Positions 6,332 through 13,817 of a stretch of 14,492 nucleotides of DNA are shown here, one piece after another. The stretch is from Candidatus Omnitrophota bacterium (GTDB lineage: Bacteria; Omnitrophota; Gorgyraeia; B26-G9). The notes beneath the pieces were generated by a model, which searched no databases, was not told where the DNA came from, and saw nothing but the letters and a program-made list of their open reading frames with translations. Each line of letters begins with the position of its first letter. Within the stretch, counting starts at the first letter, position 1. Made by a program: the position numbers and the translations under genes. The stretch is taken from positions 1-14,492 of the forward strand of contig JACQZH010000054.1 of NCBI GenBank assembly GCA_016213925.1, in the 5' to 3' direction.

Positions 6332-9300
6332 CCGCGTCCTTACGCACAGAAAACTCGTTTTGTTTGAGTATTTCAATCCGCTTTTTCAGGTTAATTCCAA
6401 AATCAAATATCAAAGCATACATCTGCCTGGCAAAACCGCTTTTTGAGTCAAGAGTCAGCGCTTCTAAGGTTTTCCGGTTACCGATAACCGCAGTTTTTTC
6501 CTTAGCCCTGGTAAGGCTTACTAAAAGCAACGCCGGATTAGCAATGATCGTCTCTTCATCAAACAAAAACTGCCGCGTCCTTCCATTGACAAGAGTTCCG
6601 TTACCGCTCTTTTCATTTTTCTTTTTATAAATGTCAGCTTCGTTACTGCGGACCAAAGAAACCAGAGTAATTTTATTTTCTCCTCCCTGGATTTGCTGGG
6701 ATGTAACAACATTTTCTTTAAGAAATTCAATCTCTTCATGAGTAAACTCCGGATCATACTCAATGAAGGATTTGATCAGCTCTATTTGACTGCGGTATGG
6801 CGTAATTATTGTAATATCCTTTACCGTATACGGATTACCATCCTTATTTTTCTTGGTCAAAAATTCCTTTATTTTTCCAAGGATCCAAAGTGCTTCCCCT
6901 GTATTTGAATAACTGCCGGTAACCGGATCCTGTTTTTCAAAAGCCGTATCTTTCCATAAAGAAGTATCGGCTATTTCTAAAGTGTCTTCTTCAAAGGGAT
7001 CATTTTTTTCTTTACTTAAACTTTCAAGCTTAAAATATCCCGCATACCATTTTTGGACCAATTCCACGATTATCCAATGATTACGAAAATTTTTAATTAT
7101 GCTCATTTGAGCATATAATGGGTTATTGATCAGCTGTTCAAAGATGCTCTTTTCGTAACGCGCGATACTGCTTCTCAAATATTTGCCCCCTTCCTGCCTG
7201 AACTTTATCCTTTGGCTGGTGTTAAACTTCGAGATAAGAGAAAAAGGCTTATACTGGATATGGTCTCCGATAAGAAAAAGCGCTTTAGGTTTAAGCAAAT
7301 AAACCGCTGCTATTAATTCCGGGTAATTTATCAGTGCCGCTTCATCGATTACCAAAGTTACGTCTCTTAAATAAACCCGCGACTGCGGGTCATCAAGCAT
7401 GGAGATCAGCCCGTCTAAAGCGCCGCCCATAACTGTTGCCGTTAATATACAGCCGTTTTCATTTGGCTGAATATTAAGCGCGGAAAATCTCCGCTCAAAT
7501 TCTTTTTTCGCTTTTTTCGAATGCCTCGAATAATTTTCCTGGATTTCTTTTTTAAATCTATCCGGCGAGTTCCCGCATCTTAAAACAGGTATGCCCTTAC
7601 TTCCAGTGCGCAAAGTGATCTCGTCGGCAATAACATGCTGGGGAGCGAAAATCAGAACCGGTTTTTTTCTCTCCAGGGCTATTTTTTCAGCAGCGCCGAG
7701 TAAAACTGTTGTCTTTGCCGTGCCTACTCCTCCGTGCAGTAATCCAATACTGTTATTCAGCATAAGATCATTTACTGCTTCCTGACTAAATTCTGCAACA
7801 TTGCTTTTTACCGGTGCATTAAGCCGCAGTATATAATCTAAAACTTCAACTCCTGTTTGTTTGCTTTTTTCAAGTTCCTTCTTTATTTCTTCAAGCGCCT
7901 GCACCTGTATTTTTTCTGACATCGCGTTATACTGCAGGAAAAACCGGGCGGTTCTTAATTTTTCCGGTGTGATCTCAAGAAATCTAATCTTCTGCGTGGC
8001 TGTTCCGGCAGGGACTAAAGTAAGCTTATCACTGCCGATGCCATGAGATATTTTTAACACAAAAGATTCGTCGTTTCCCAAATACATCAAGATCCTGCTG
8101 TAAGCGTCAAACCTTCCGTTTCCATTACTCATTTTAAGAGTAGCCTGAATGCTGATGGGAAATCTTTCAACATTACCGGCTTCTAAAGGCACCAGTTCAT
8201 CCTCTAAACTAATAATTTCCTTAAGCAGCCTAATTTGGCCTTCCAATTCAGCGATCACCTGTCCTGCTTCCAAAAGGTATTTGTTTTTAGCTTCAAAAAC
8301 TTCCCTTTCAGCTTCTGTCTTATCTTCTCCCGCTCCCACCACTGGCTCATTAGCGCCATTTTCTTGTTTCTGGGAATCACCCGGTAAATTATCTTTATTT
8401 TGTTTTGCTTTAGGCAATGCCGGCTCTTCTCTGACGGCTTCACCTAAACTTGTTACCTGCCTGCGTATCTTAGGATACTCCTTTCCCCTAACGCTGAAAA
8501 TTTTTACCTCAGCACGCAAGTCATTAACAGCTTCAAGCAAAGTCCTGTAAGCTTCAGGGTCTATTTCTTGTTTTCTAGACTCCAGCTGCGAGTACACATT
8601 ATCAACCAATAACCTCTCCAATTTCTGTCCTTTTACTTCCTGATCCTTTCTAAGACGAAACTCAACTCTAACTTTTTCAGGATTGTCATCTTGTGTGTTA
8701 TGCACAATGGGCGAAGCAACCGGTATTGTATTTTCTTTTGGCGCGGCAATAACAGATACTTCCGGTTTTTGAAGCACAACAACTGGGATTTCCTGTTTTT
8801 TGGACAGTTCTTTAACTGAAGGTTTAGATTTTTTCTTTTTGTGAGTTACTGCTTTTTTCTCTGTAGGGGGTTTCCTGGATTTTTCAATCTTTAAGATAAA
8901 CTCAGCGAATTTTTTCTTAAAATCATTTATTATCAGATTCCTGCGGACATCTTTATTCTCGGATAAATCGTCAACCCTGTTAAGTGTTTCTTTTAGCAGT
9001 ACTTTCGGGCTCGGCACTAAGTTCGGCTTGAATTTTTTATGTTTAAATAATTTCTGAAGCGCTATTCTTGCTTTAAACTCATTTCTTGCCAGAATTTTAG
9101 CCAGTGTATATATCTCTTCATCGGTTATCTTTTCCCGGAAATCTTGATTCAAACGCTCATTCAAAACCTGAGTCAACACTATAGTCATAACACGCTGCAC
9201 AGCGAGTTTTCTGGCTGTAAGCCAGCCGAATATTCCCATAGCGCCTAAAACAACCAGTGCCGTTGAACTGCTGACAAGTTTTTTATTTTTCTTTGCCCAG

Positions 9301-10829
9301 TTGGAAAAGTTTTTCGACTCAAAAAACTCTTTAATATCATAGAAGAAGGAAAGCCTCTTTCTATCCTCGCGCTGGATATTATACGCCTGCTCTGCGATCC
9401 GGATTATTTGCTCATAATCCAGCGTAAAGAACTGGCCGGCGATCTGAGCCCTAGGTTCAATATATGACAACGGACTTATTCTAATATCAGGAAATTCAGC
9501 AATATGACGTTCAATATAATCGATCATATTATTAAGAATAGTTATTTTTGCTACTGTTTCTTCAGGTAGGATTTCTGTTGATTCAGGGACGCTTATTAAA
9601 TGCAGCATTTCAATGTCAATGAATTCTTCATCGCAGTAAAGCATAGCATCAAGCCTGGCCTCGACTTTCAATCCTGCGCTTTCACGGGCCTGCAGGTCAT
9701 TGACTCTTGAGCCATTCCATAGCGCTACTCCGCTCTTATCCTCGGCAATTAAACCCTGCTGATACCGGTTCCGGGAGCGCATCCAATTAATAATATCCTG
9801 CTTGGTAAAATAGTGGTTTTTTACTCTGCTTAATATTTTTACCTGGCAGAAAGTCAACGGGGTCAAATGCTCTTTATTGCCTAGCAAAAGATACTTATCC
9901 CACGGTATTTCCTGGGCATTCTTGACAAATTCCCAGCTTGTTTGGTTTAATTGATCAATAAAATCCTGAGCATTTTCTTCGACCCTGGACATGCAGACAG
10001 CCACGTTCCCATGGATCACCTTGCCTATAGCCGGATAAATTTCAAGTGACATAACCTCTTTGTCCTCTGTCTCAACCGGTATTATAAGCAGCTCATCCAT
10101 AGTTACAGATCCGTCTTGTTTATCTAAGCTAAAAGGCACGACATCTTTGACCTGGTAAAGTTCAAAATTCCCTACAATCATCGGAGCAAGCTTTCCTTTT
10201 TTCCAAATCGGTATAAATTCAGAATGTAAGATAACCCCGTATCCGGCCAAATATTCGGGCACCAGCTCAAACATCAGTTTTCTCCAAAGAGCTTCCTGAT
10301 CCTGTGCTATTGCCTCAGGCAATAGAGCCTTAAAATCAGTCCCTGATAATTCAAGAATTTTCTTAACTAAATTATTTTTTAATTCAGTAAAAGCTTCTGT
10401 TTTAGGACGGGCAATAGTTTCTTCATCTTTTCTTACTAGTTTTTTATATTTCAAAATAAAATCAGAAATTGACTTAACCACCTGAACCGCCTGTTCATTT
10501 TGAAAAAAACAATCCTCATCAAACGCCTTGTATTTAATACGCAGTTGAGCAATGCTATTACCCTGTTCCTTTGATTCGGACTTTTTCTCGGCTAAAGCGG
10601 GGATAAATAAGGATAAGAACTCTCTGCGGGATCTTGAAGCTAAATCTTCTCTTTTATCCTGGCTAAAAGAAGTAAATACCTGCCTAATATAGGCATTATC
10701 GATTTGCACAGTAGGGGCAAGAAAACTATCCGCGTTAGAGCAGAGTTTTCCGTTTGCCGCCTGAGCAATATCAAGCACCAGGAAAGCCTGTATCAATAGT
10801 ATTGAAATTAGTTTTAATAATCTATTCAT
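6294..10829 (-). CDS. Giant multidomain protein (1511 aa). Domain order: signal peptide, unknown N-terminal domain of about 490 aa, one TM helix, Lys-rich and coiled-coil linker, then a C-terminal Upf1/DNA2-like superfamily-1 helicase.
   Basis: A continuous 4.5-kb ORF in AT-rich DNA. Residues 1-27 (MNRLLKLISILLIQAFLVLDIAQA|ANG) are signal-peptide-like with an AxA site. The TM helix is about residues 519-541 (ALVVLGAMGIFGWLTA). A K-rich tract runs over residues 655-690. SF1 helicase motifs are present: I LHGGVGTAKTT (1031-1041); II VIDEAA (1160-1165); III FLIGDHIQYKPF (about 1185-1196); V ITPYRSQ (1342-1348); VI LLLVSLTRAKEKTAVIGN (1434-1451). Motif spacing and sequence match the Upf1-like AAA_11/AAA_12 arrangement (recalled consensus GPPGTGKT, DEAxQ, GDxxQLPP, TxxxYQG, VALTRAR). 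No SD precedes the ATG. Confidence 0.8.
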   Translation of the reverse strand: MNRLLKLISILLIQAFLVLDIAQAANGKLCSNADSFLAPTVQIDNAYIRQVFTSFSQDKREDLASRSRREFLSLFIPALAEKKSESKEQGNSIAQLRIKYKAFDEDCFFQNEQAVQVVKSISDFILKYKKLVRKDEETIARPKTEAFTELKNNLVKKILELSGTDFKALLPEAIAQDQEALWRKLMFELVPEYLAGYGVILHSEFIPIWKKGKLAPMIVGNFELYQVKDVVPFSLDKQDGSVTMDELLIIPVETEDKEVMSLEIYPAIGKVIHGNVAVCMSRVEENAQDFIDQLNQTSWEFVKNAQEIPWDKYLLLGNKEHLTPLTFCQVKILSRVKNHYFTKQDIINWMRSRNRYQQGLIAEDKSGVALWNGSRVNDLQARESAGLKVEARLDAMLYCDEEFIDIEMLHLISVPESTEILPEETVAKITILNNMIDYIERHIAEFPDIRISPLSYIEPRAQIAGQFFTLDYEQIIRIAEQAYNIQREDRKRLSFFYDIKEFFESKNFSNWAKKNKKLVSSSTALVVLGAMGIFGWLTARKLAVQRVMTIVLTQVLNERLNQDFREKITDEEIYTLAKILARNEFKARIALQKLFKHKKFKPNLVPSPKVLLKETLNRVDDLSENKDVRRNLIINDFKKKFAEFILKIEKSRKPPTEKKAVTHKKKKSKPSVKELSKKQEIPVVVLQKPEVSVIAAPKENTIPVASPIVHNTQDDNPEKVRVEFRLRKDQEVKGQKLERLLVDNVYSQLESRKQEIDPEAYRTLLEAVNDLRAEVKIFSVRGKEYPKIRRQVTSLGEAVREEPALPKAKQNKDNLPGDSQKQENGANEPVVGAGEDKTEAEREVFEAKNKYLLEAGQVIAELEGQIRLLKEIISLEDELVPLEAGNVERFPISIQATLKMSNGNGRFDAYSRILMYLGNDESFVLKISHGIGSDKLTLVPAGTATQKIRFLEITPEKLRTARFFLQYNAMSEKIQVQALEEIKKELEKSKQTGVEVLDYILRLNAPVKSNVAEFSQEAVNDLMLNNSIGLLHGGVGTAKTTVLLGAAEKIALERKKPVLIFAPQHVIADEITLRTGSKGIPVLRCGNSPDRFKKEIQENYSRHSKKAKKEFERRFSALNIQPNENGCILTATVMGGALDGLISMLDDPQSRVYLRDVTLVIDEAALINYPELIAAVYLLKPKALFLIGDHIQYKPFSLISKFNTSQRIKFRQEGGKYLRSSIARYEKSIFEQLINNPLYAQMSIIKNFRNHWIIVELVQKWYAGYFKLESLSKEKNDPFEEDTLEIADTSLWKDTAFEKQDPVTGSYSNTGEALWILGKIKEFLTKKNKDGNPYTVKDITIITPYRSQIELIKSFIEYDPEFTHEEIEFLKENVVTSQQIQGGENKITLVSLVRSNEADIYKKKNEKSGNGTLVNGRTRQFLFDEETIIANPALLLVSLTRAKEKTAVIGNRKTLEALTLDSKSGFARQMYALIFDFGINLKKRIEILKQNEFSVRKDADIETIDAIAQSI

Positions 10830-10868
10830 AACAGAGGGTAAAGTATACCTGATTTTAATATTATATGC

Positions 10869-10904
10869 AAAAAAAGAGGAGTCTCCTCAGAAACCCCACT
10901 CCTC
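10869..10904 (-). terminator. Rho-independent terminator (minus strand) ending the upstream membrane-protein/esterase operon, about 40 nt before the giant-gene start
   Basis: Minus-strand read: GAGGAGT-ggggtttct-GAGGAG-a-CTCCTC-TTTTTTT. Two alternative stems (7 bp with a 15-nt loop, or an inner 4-6 bp stem) are followed by T7. It lies between the 7-bp-periodic repeat tract and the candidate giant-gene promoter. Confidence 0.5.
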
Positions 10905-10944
10905 AAAATTATGAGAATAATTATATAAAAGAATAGGTTGCAGT

Positions 10945-11014
10945 TCTATAGTCTATAGATTATGGCCGATGGATAATAGTCGATGGCCAATAGCTATCAG
11001 CTATTAGCTGATTT
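10945..11014. repeat. Degenerate heptamer tandem tract (10 units, consensus about nYnATrG) containing a perfect palindrome ATCAGCTA-T-TAGCTGAT
   Basis: Phased 7-mers read directly: tctatag|tctatag|attatgg|ccgatgg|ataatag|tcgatgg|ccaatag|ctatcag|ctattag|ctgattt. The G at position 7 is present in 9/10 units, the T at position 5 in 9/10, the A at position 4 in 8/10. It contains the palindromes CTATAG, ATAGCTAT and the 17-bp ATCAGCTATTAGCTGAT (10996-11012). It is intergenic between the P1 stop (11081) and the giant-gene start (10829). Confidence 0.55.
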
Positions 11015-11080
11015 ATGTCTTAAGTCTTATTCTAATATCTGATTGTCTAACTACGCCCCTACGCCTAGAGCCCCTGAATG

Positions 11081-11872
11081 TTACACTGATATTTGTTTTT
11101 TGGAAACAATCCGGTTTAAAAGAAGTCCCAGCGCAGCAAGCGTCGTAATAATAACATGCGGCCTAACTGCCTTTCCACTGACAAACAAGGGATGTATATT
11201 GTGGCCCGTTCCAGGTAAAAAGAAAAATAAAACGAGAAAAAACAAAACCATGAAACACGCCAGCACATCAAGAAACTTATTAGGCTTAAAAGGCGCAGGC
11301 TCAACTTTATTTTTTATATTTGACGTAATAATACTACGAAAAAAGCGAGCAAAAATTAACGTAAGAGTCAACATAACAAAAAACTGCCAAGCAGTAACCG
11401 GCGGCCTAGCAAGAAGCCTAAAACTGGTGCTAATTAAAACATAGGCTGTAAAAAACCAAAATATGCCCGGCTTAGATAATAGCGGTTTAGACCGGTCAAC
11501 ATCCGGATTAAGCCGATGGCCTATATATAAAGCAAAGACCGTTTGCAGCGTTGTCCACCAAACCAGATTATTTATGAATAAGATCCTAAAGCTTATCCCA
11601 ACGATAACAGGCGGAATAGGATAATAAACGCCTGCAACACTTATCAATTGCCAAAGCAGGCCGAAAAATTGAGCCACAATCCAAACCTGATAATCTTTAA
11701 GTTTAAACCGTCCTATAAAGTCTTCGATAAGGACAAGATAAGTAAAATAATTTAAGAAAACAAGCAAAGATATAAAAGGGAATCTCAAGAAATGATTACA
11801 TCCTCTTAGCGCATACTCCGCCAGAAAAGCAAAACATGAAGCGATAAAAATCACTCTCCAACGCTTGTCCAT
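11081..11872 (-). CDS. Polytopic membrane protein, paralog of the adjacent upstream gene. Family uncertain; weak CPBP/Abi-like 'EYxxRG' motif.
   Basis: Hydrophobic multi-TM protein, paralogous to 11887..12564 (LVLIEDFIGRFKLKDYQ vs SIVEDLIRRFKITNLQ; LFINNLVWWTTLQTV vs LFINVVWWGSLQSV; C-termini KKQISV vs KKQISI). The track ORF extends to 11956 but would then overlap the upstream paralog by 70 nt. The internal ATG at 11872 (MDKRWRVIF...) has an SD-like AAGGGGAAG upstream and lies 14 nt after the upstream gene's stop, so it is the more likely start. Confidence 0.65.
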   Translation of the reverse strand: MDKRWRVIFIASCFAFLAEYALRGCNHFLRFPFISLLVFLNYFTYLVLIEDFIGRFKLKDYQVWIVAQFFGLLWQLISVAGVYYPIPPVIVGISFRILFINNLVWWTTLQTVFALYIGHRLNPDVDRSKPLLSKPGIFWFFTAYVLISTSFRLLARPPVTAWQFFVMLTLTLIFARFFRSIITSNIKNKVEPAPFKPNKFLDVLACFMVLFFLVLFFFLPGTGHNIHPLFVSGKAVRPHVIITTLAALGLLLNRIVSKKQISV

Positions 11873-11886
11873 TTTCTTCCCCTTTT

Positions 11887-12564
11887 TCAAATCGAAATTT
11901 GTTTTTTGTTTTTCAAATAATATAAAAGCATGCCCATGAAAACAACCAGCGTCCAAGCGGCTGAAAGCTTAATTGCCAAAGGACTTCCCAATGAGCCGGA
12001 CACAAGAACTTGCCTTACGGCGACAAAAGTTCCCAAGAACATGAATACACATACACTAAAAAATGAAAGGCAGTCCAAAAGAAAAGATTGCTTAAAATCC
12101 CAGGGTTCTCTCTTATTTTTATTTATGGAATATATTAAATAAATCAGGGCGACTAAAAAAATAATAACGGACATAAAATAGCCATGCGCTGTGCCCTTGA
12201 GCGGAATCTTGCTTTTAAACAACATAAACACCGCAAGCCATACGATATAACCTACGCTTAATATCCATCCTAAAGGCCCCATCGGCTTTTCCGACCAATC
12301 GCGCTTACAGAAGCGATTAGCAAAATAAAAAGTCAATACGCTCTGAAGAGAACCCCACCAGACCACATTTATAAAAAGCATAGAGCCAATATTTATACCA
12401 AAACAAAAAGCCACGAGTATTAACTGCAGATTAGTAATCTTAAACCTTCTGATTAAATCCTCGACAATCGAACAATAGAAAAAATATAAGAAGAAATTAA
12501 AGAAGAAAAATATGCCATGCAAAGTCATGCCCTTTAACCCGCGCATAGAATACTCAAAGAGCAT
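11887..12564 (-). CDS. Polytopic membrane protein, tandem paralog of 11081..11872; family uncertain
   Basis: 225-aa hydrophobic ORF with 5-6 predicted TM segments. It shares conserved blocks with the downstream paralog. No SD before the annotated ATG. A later in-frame Met (MRGLKGMTLHG or MTLHG) cannot be excluded as the start. Confidence 0.65.
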   Translation of the reverse strand: MLFEYSMRGLKGMTLHGIFFFFNFFLYFFYCSIVEDLIRRFKITNLQLILVAFCFGINIGSMLFINVVWWGSLQSVLTFYFANRFCKRDWSEKPMGPLGWILSVGYIVWLAVFMLFKSKIPLKGTAHGYFMSVIIFLVALIYLIYSINKNKREPWDFKQSFLLDCLSFFSVCVFMFLGTFVAVRQVLVSGSLGSPLAIKLSAAWTLVVFMGMLLYYLKNKKQISI

Positions 12565-12724
12565 ATTAAAAAATACCGCCGCTAGAATAATCTTTGTTTT
12601 TCATACCCTTGCTATCTTTTAAGTTAGGATACAACTAACTATAATTTAATTCGATGGCTCTGATTTTTTACACAAAAACCTAATTCCTACGGCATCAAAA
12701 GCAGAACCCTGGCACTTCGCTTTC

Positions 12725-13792
12725 TCATTTAGGATCTCCGTAAGAGAGAGCCCCTCTGTTATTCTTTGATTTAAAAAATCCCCAAATCTCATCAGCCGCT
12801 TCAATGTCATTATTTTGGTTTCCGACTAACGCCAGAAATAGTTTGGAATAATGTTCTTTAATGCTTGGCTCCGTATGCCCTCCCCCTCTTATTTCATAAA
12901 GCACGACATCAGTATTAGTCTTATTATTCCTATAAGTTTTGCATACAACTGTACTGCCATCAATTTTTGTTTTATCAGGAAATTCCTTTATCAGAAAATT
13001 AGAATCGCAATTATTCTGTTCCACCCAATAGCGGATTGACTCTTCAGTTGACAAAACTTCTCCGCGGTTACCCGCCATTTTCCCTCCACTGTAAGGACAG
13101 AGTTTATCCTTTGTCCCATTCATCAATAATACAGACACTGGCATGGATGGCTTTTTCTCAAAATTAGGATATGGATTAGAAGCAGCTATTGCAGCCACGG
13201 CACAAAATGTTTCTGAAGCATCAGAGGCAAGCTGGAGTGCCATATGCCCGCCATTTGATGTGCCCATTGCATAGATTCTTTTACGGTCCACAGGGTATGA
13301 TTTTGCTGTAACTTCAATAAGATGTTTTAAAAATCCAATATCATCATTACTTTCTATATTTCGGGCATCGTTCCAGCCTCGTTTGCCATCCGATCCGACG
13401 ACCCCGTTTGGTATGATTAAAATAAGCTTCTCTCTGTCTGCAATGGATAGCCAAAGCTTATAGGGGGATTTATATCCCGTTTTACCAAACAATTGGCCGG
13501 CATTTCCATTATGCCCATGAAGCAAAAATACAACTGGGCGAGGGGTATCATTTATCCCTTGTGCAATATAAAGGTCATATTGGCGCTGTAATCCGTCAAC
13601 ATTTAGTTGAAGATTCATAAAAAGCTTCCCTGTTTCAAGGCTGTCTTGGGCCATTGTAGTTTGAGCTTGTCTCTTTTTCCAGAAATTTCTCAACTGTTCC
13701 CTTTTTATCCCAAATTCCTCTTGAGCAATAATATGCTGTGTAAAATTTACAGATAAAATTATAATGATAAAAATAACTTTTAGAATTTTCAT
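12725..13792 (-). CDS. Secreted alpha/beta-hydrolase, LpqC / poly(3-hydroxybutyrate)-depolymerase-family esterase
   Basis: 355 aa. N-terminal signal peptide (MKILKVIFIIIILSVNFTQHIIAQ). VVFLLHGHNGNAG oxyanion-region block. Nucleophile elbow GTSNGGHMA (GxSxG). C-terminal GGGHTEP block with a candidate catalytic His. This is the pattern of COG3509/LpqC-type esterases (recalled family features). It lies 25 nt downstream of the small membrane gene, so the two likely form an operon. Confidence 0.75.
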   Translation of the reverse strand: MKILKVIFIIIILSVNFTQHIIAQEEFGIKREQLRNFWKKRQAQTTMAQDSLETGKLFMNLQLNVDGLQRQYDLYIAQGINDTPRPVVFLLHGHNGNAGQLFGKTGYKSPYKLWLSIADREKLILIIPNGVVGSDGKRGWNDARNIESNDDIGFLKHLIEVTAKSYPVDRKRIYAMGTSNGGHMALQLASDASETFCAVAAIAASNPYPNFEKKPSMPVSVLLMNGTKDKLCPYSGGKMAGNRGEVLSTEESIRYWVEQNNCDSNFLIKEFPDKTKIDGSTVVCKTYRNNKTNTDVVLYEIRGGGHTEPSIKEHYSKLFLALVGNQNNDIEAADEIWGFFKSKNNRGALSYGDPK

Positions 13793-13817
13793 TTTTTCTA
13801 TTCACTCCCAAACGCCG

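Noticed and set aside
6226-8550. Several plus-strand ORFs (61-134 aa) within the giant helicase gene, and the 80-aa minus-strand ORF 6521..6763
   Set aside because: All are nested in or out of frame with a 4.5-kb ORF that carries a complete helicase motif set. None has a start context or recognisable features. They are statistically expected shadows in a long, compositionally biased gene.
6294-10829. Nuclease domain (PLD HxKxxxxD, HNH, or PD-(D/E)xK) fused to the helicase, as in Mokosh-, Hhe- or Nhi-type defence proteins
   Set aside because: Scanning the translation by eye found no HxK(x)4D pair, no HNH-like Cys/His cluster and no convincing hhhD...hhhExK motif. A divergent nuclease cannot be excluded without HMM or structure searches, so none is claimed.
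10945-11014. Possibility that the short tandem repeat tract is a CRISPR array
   Set aside because: The units are 7 bp and contiguous, with no spacers. CRISPR repeats are 24-48 bp separated by unique spacers. No cas genes are present.
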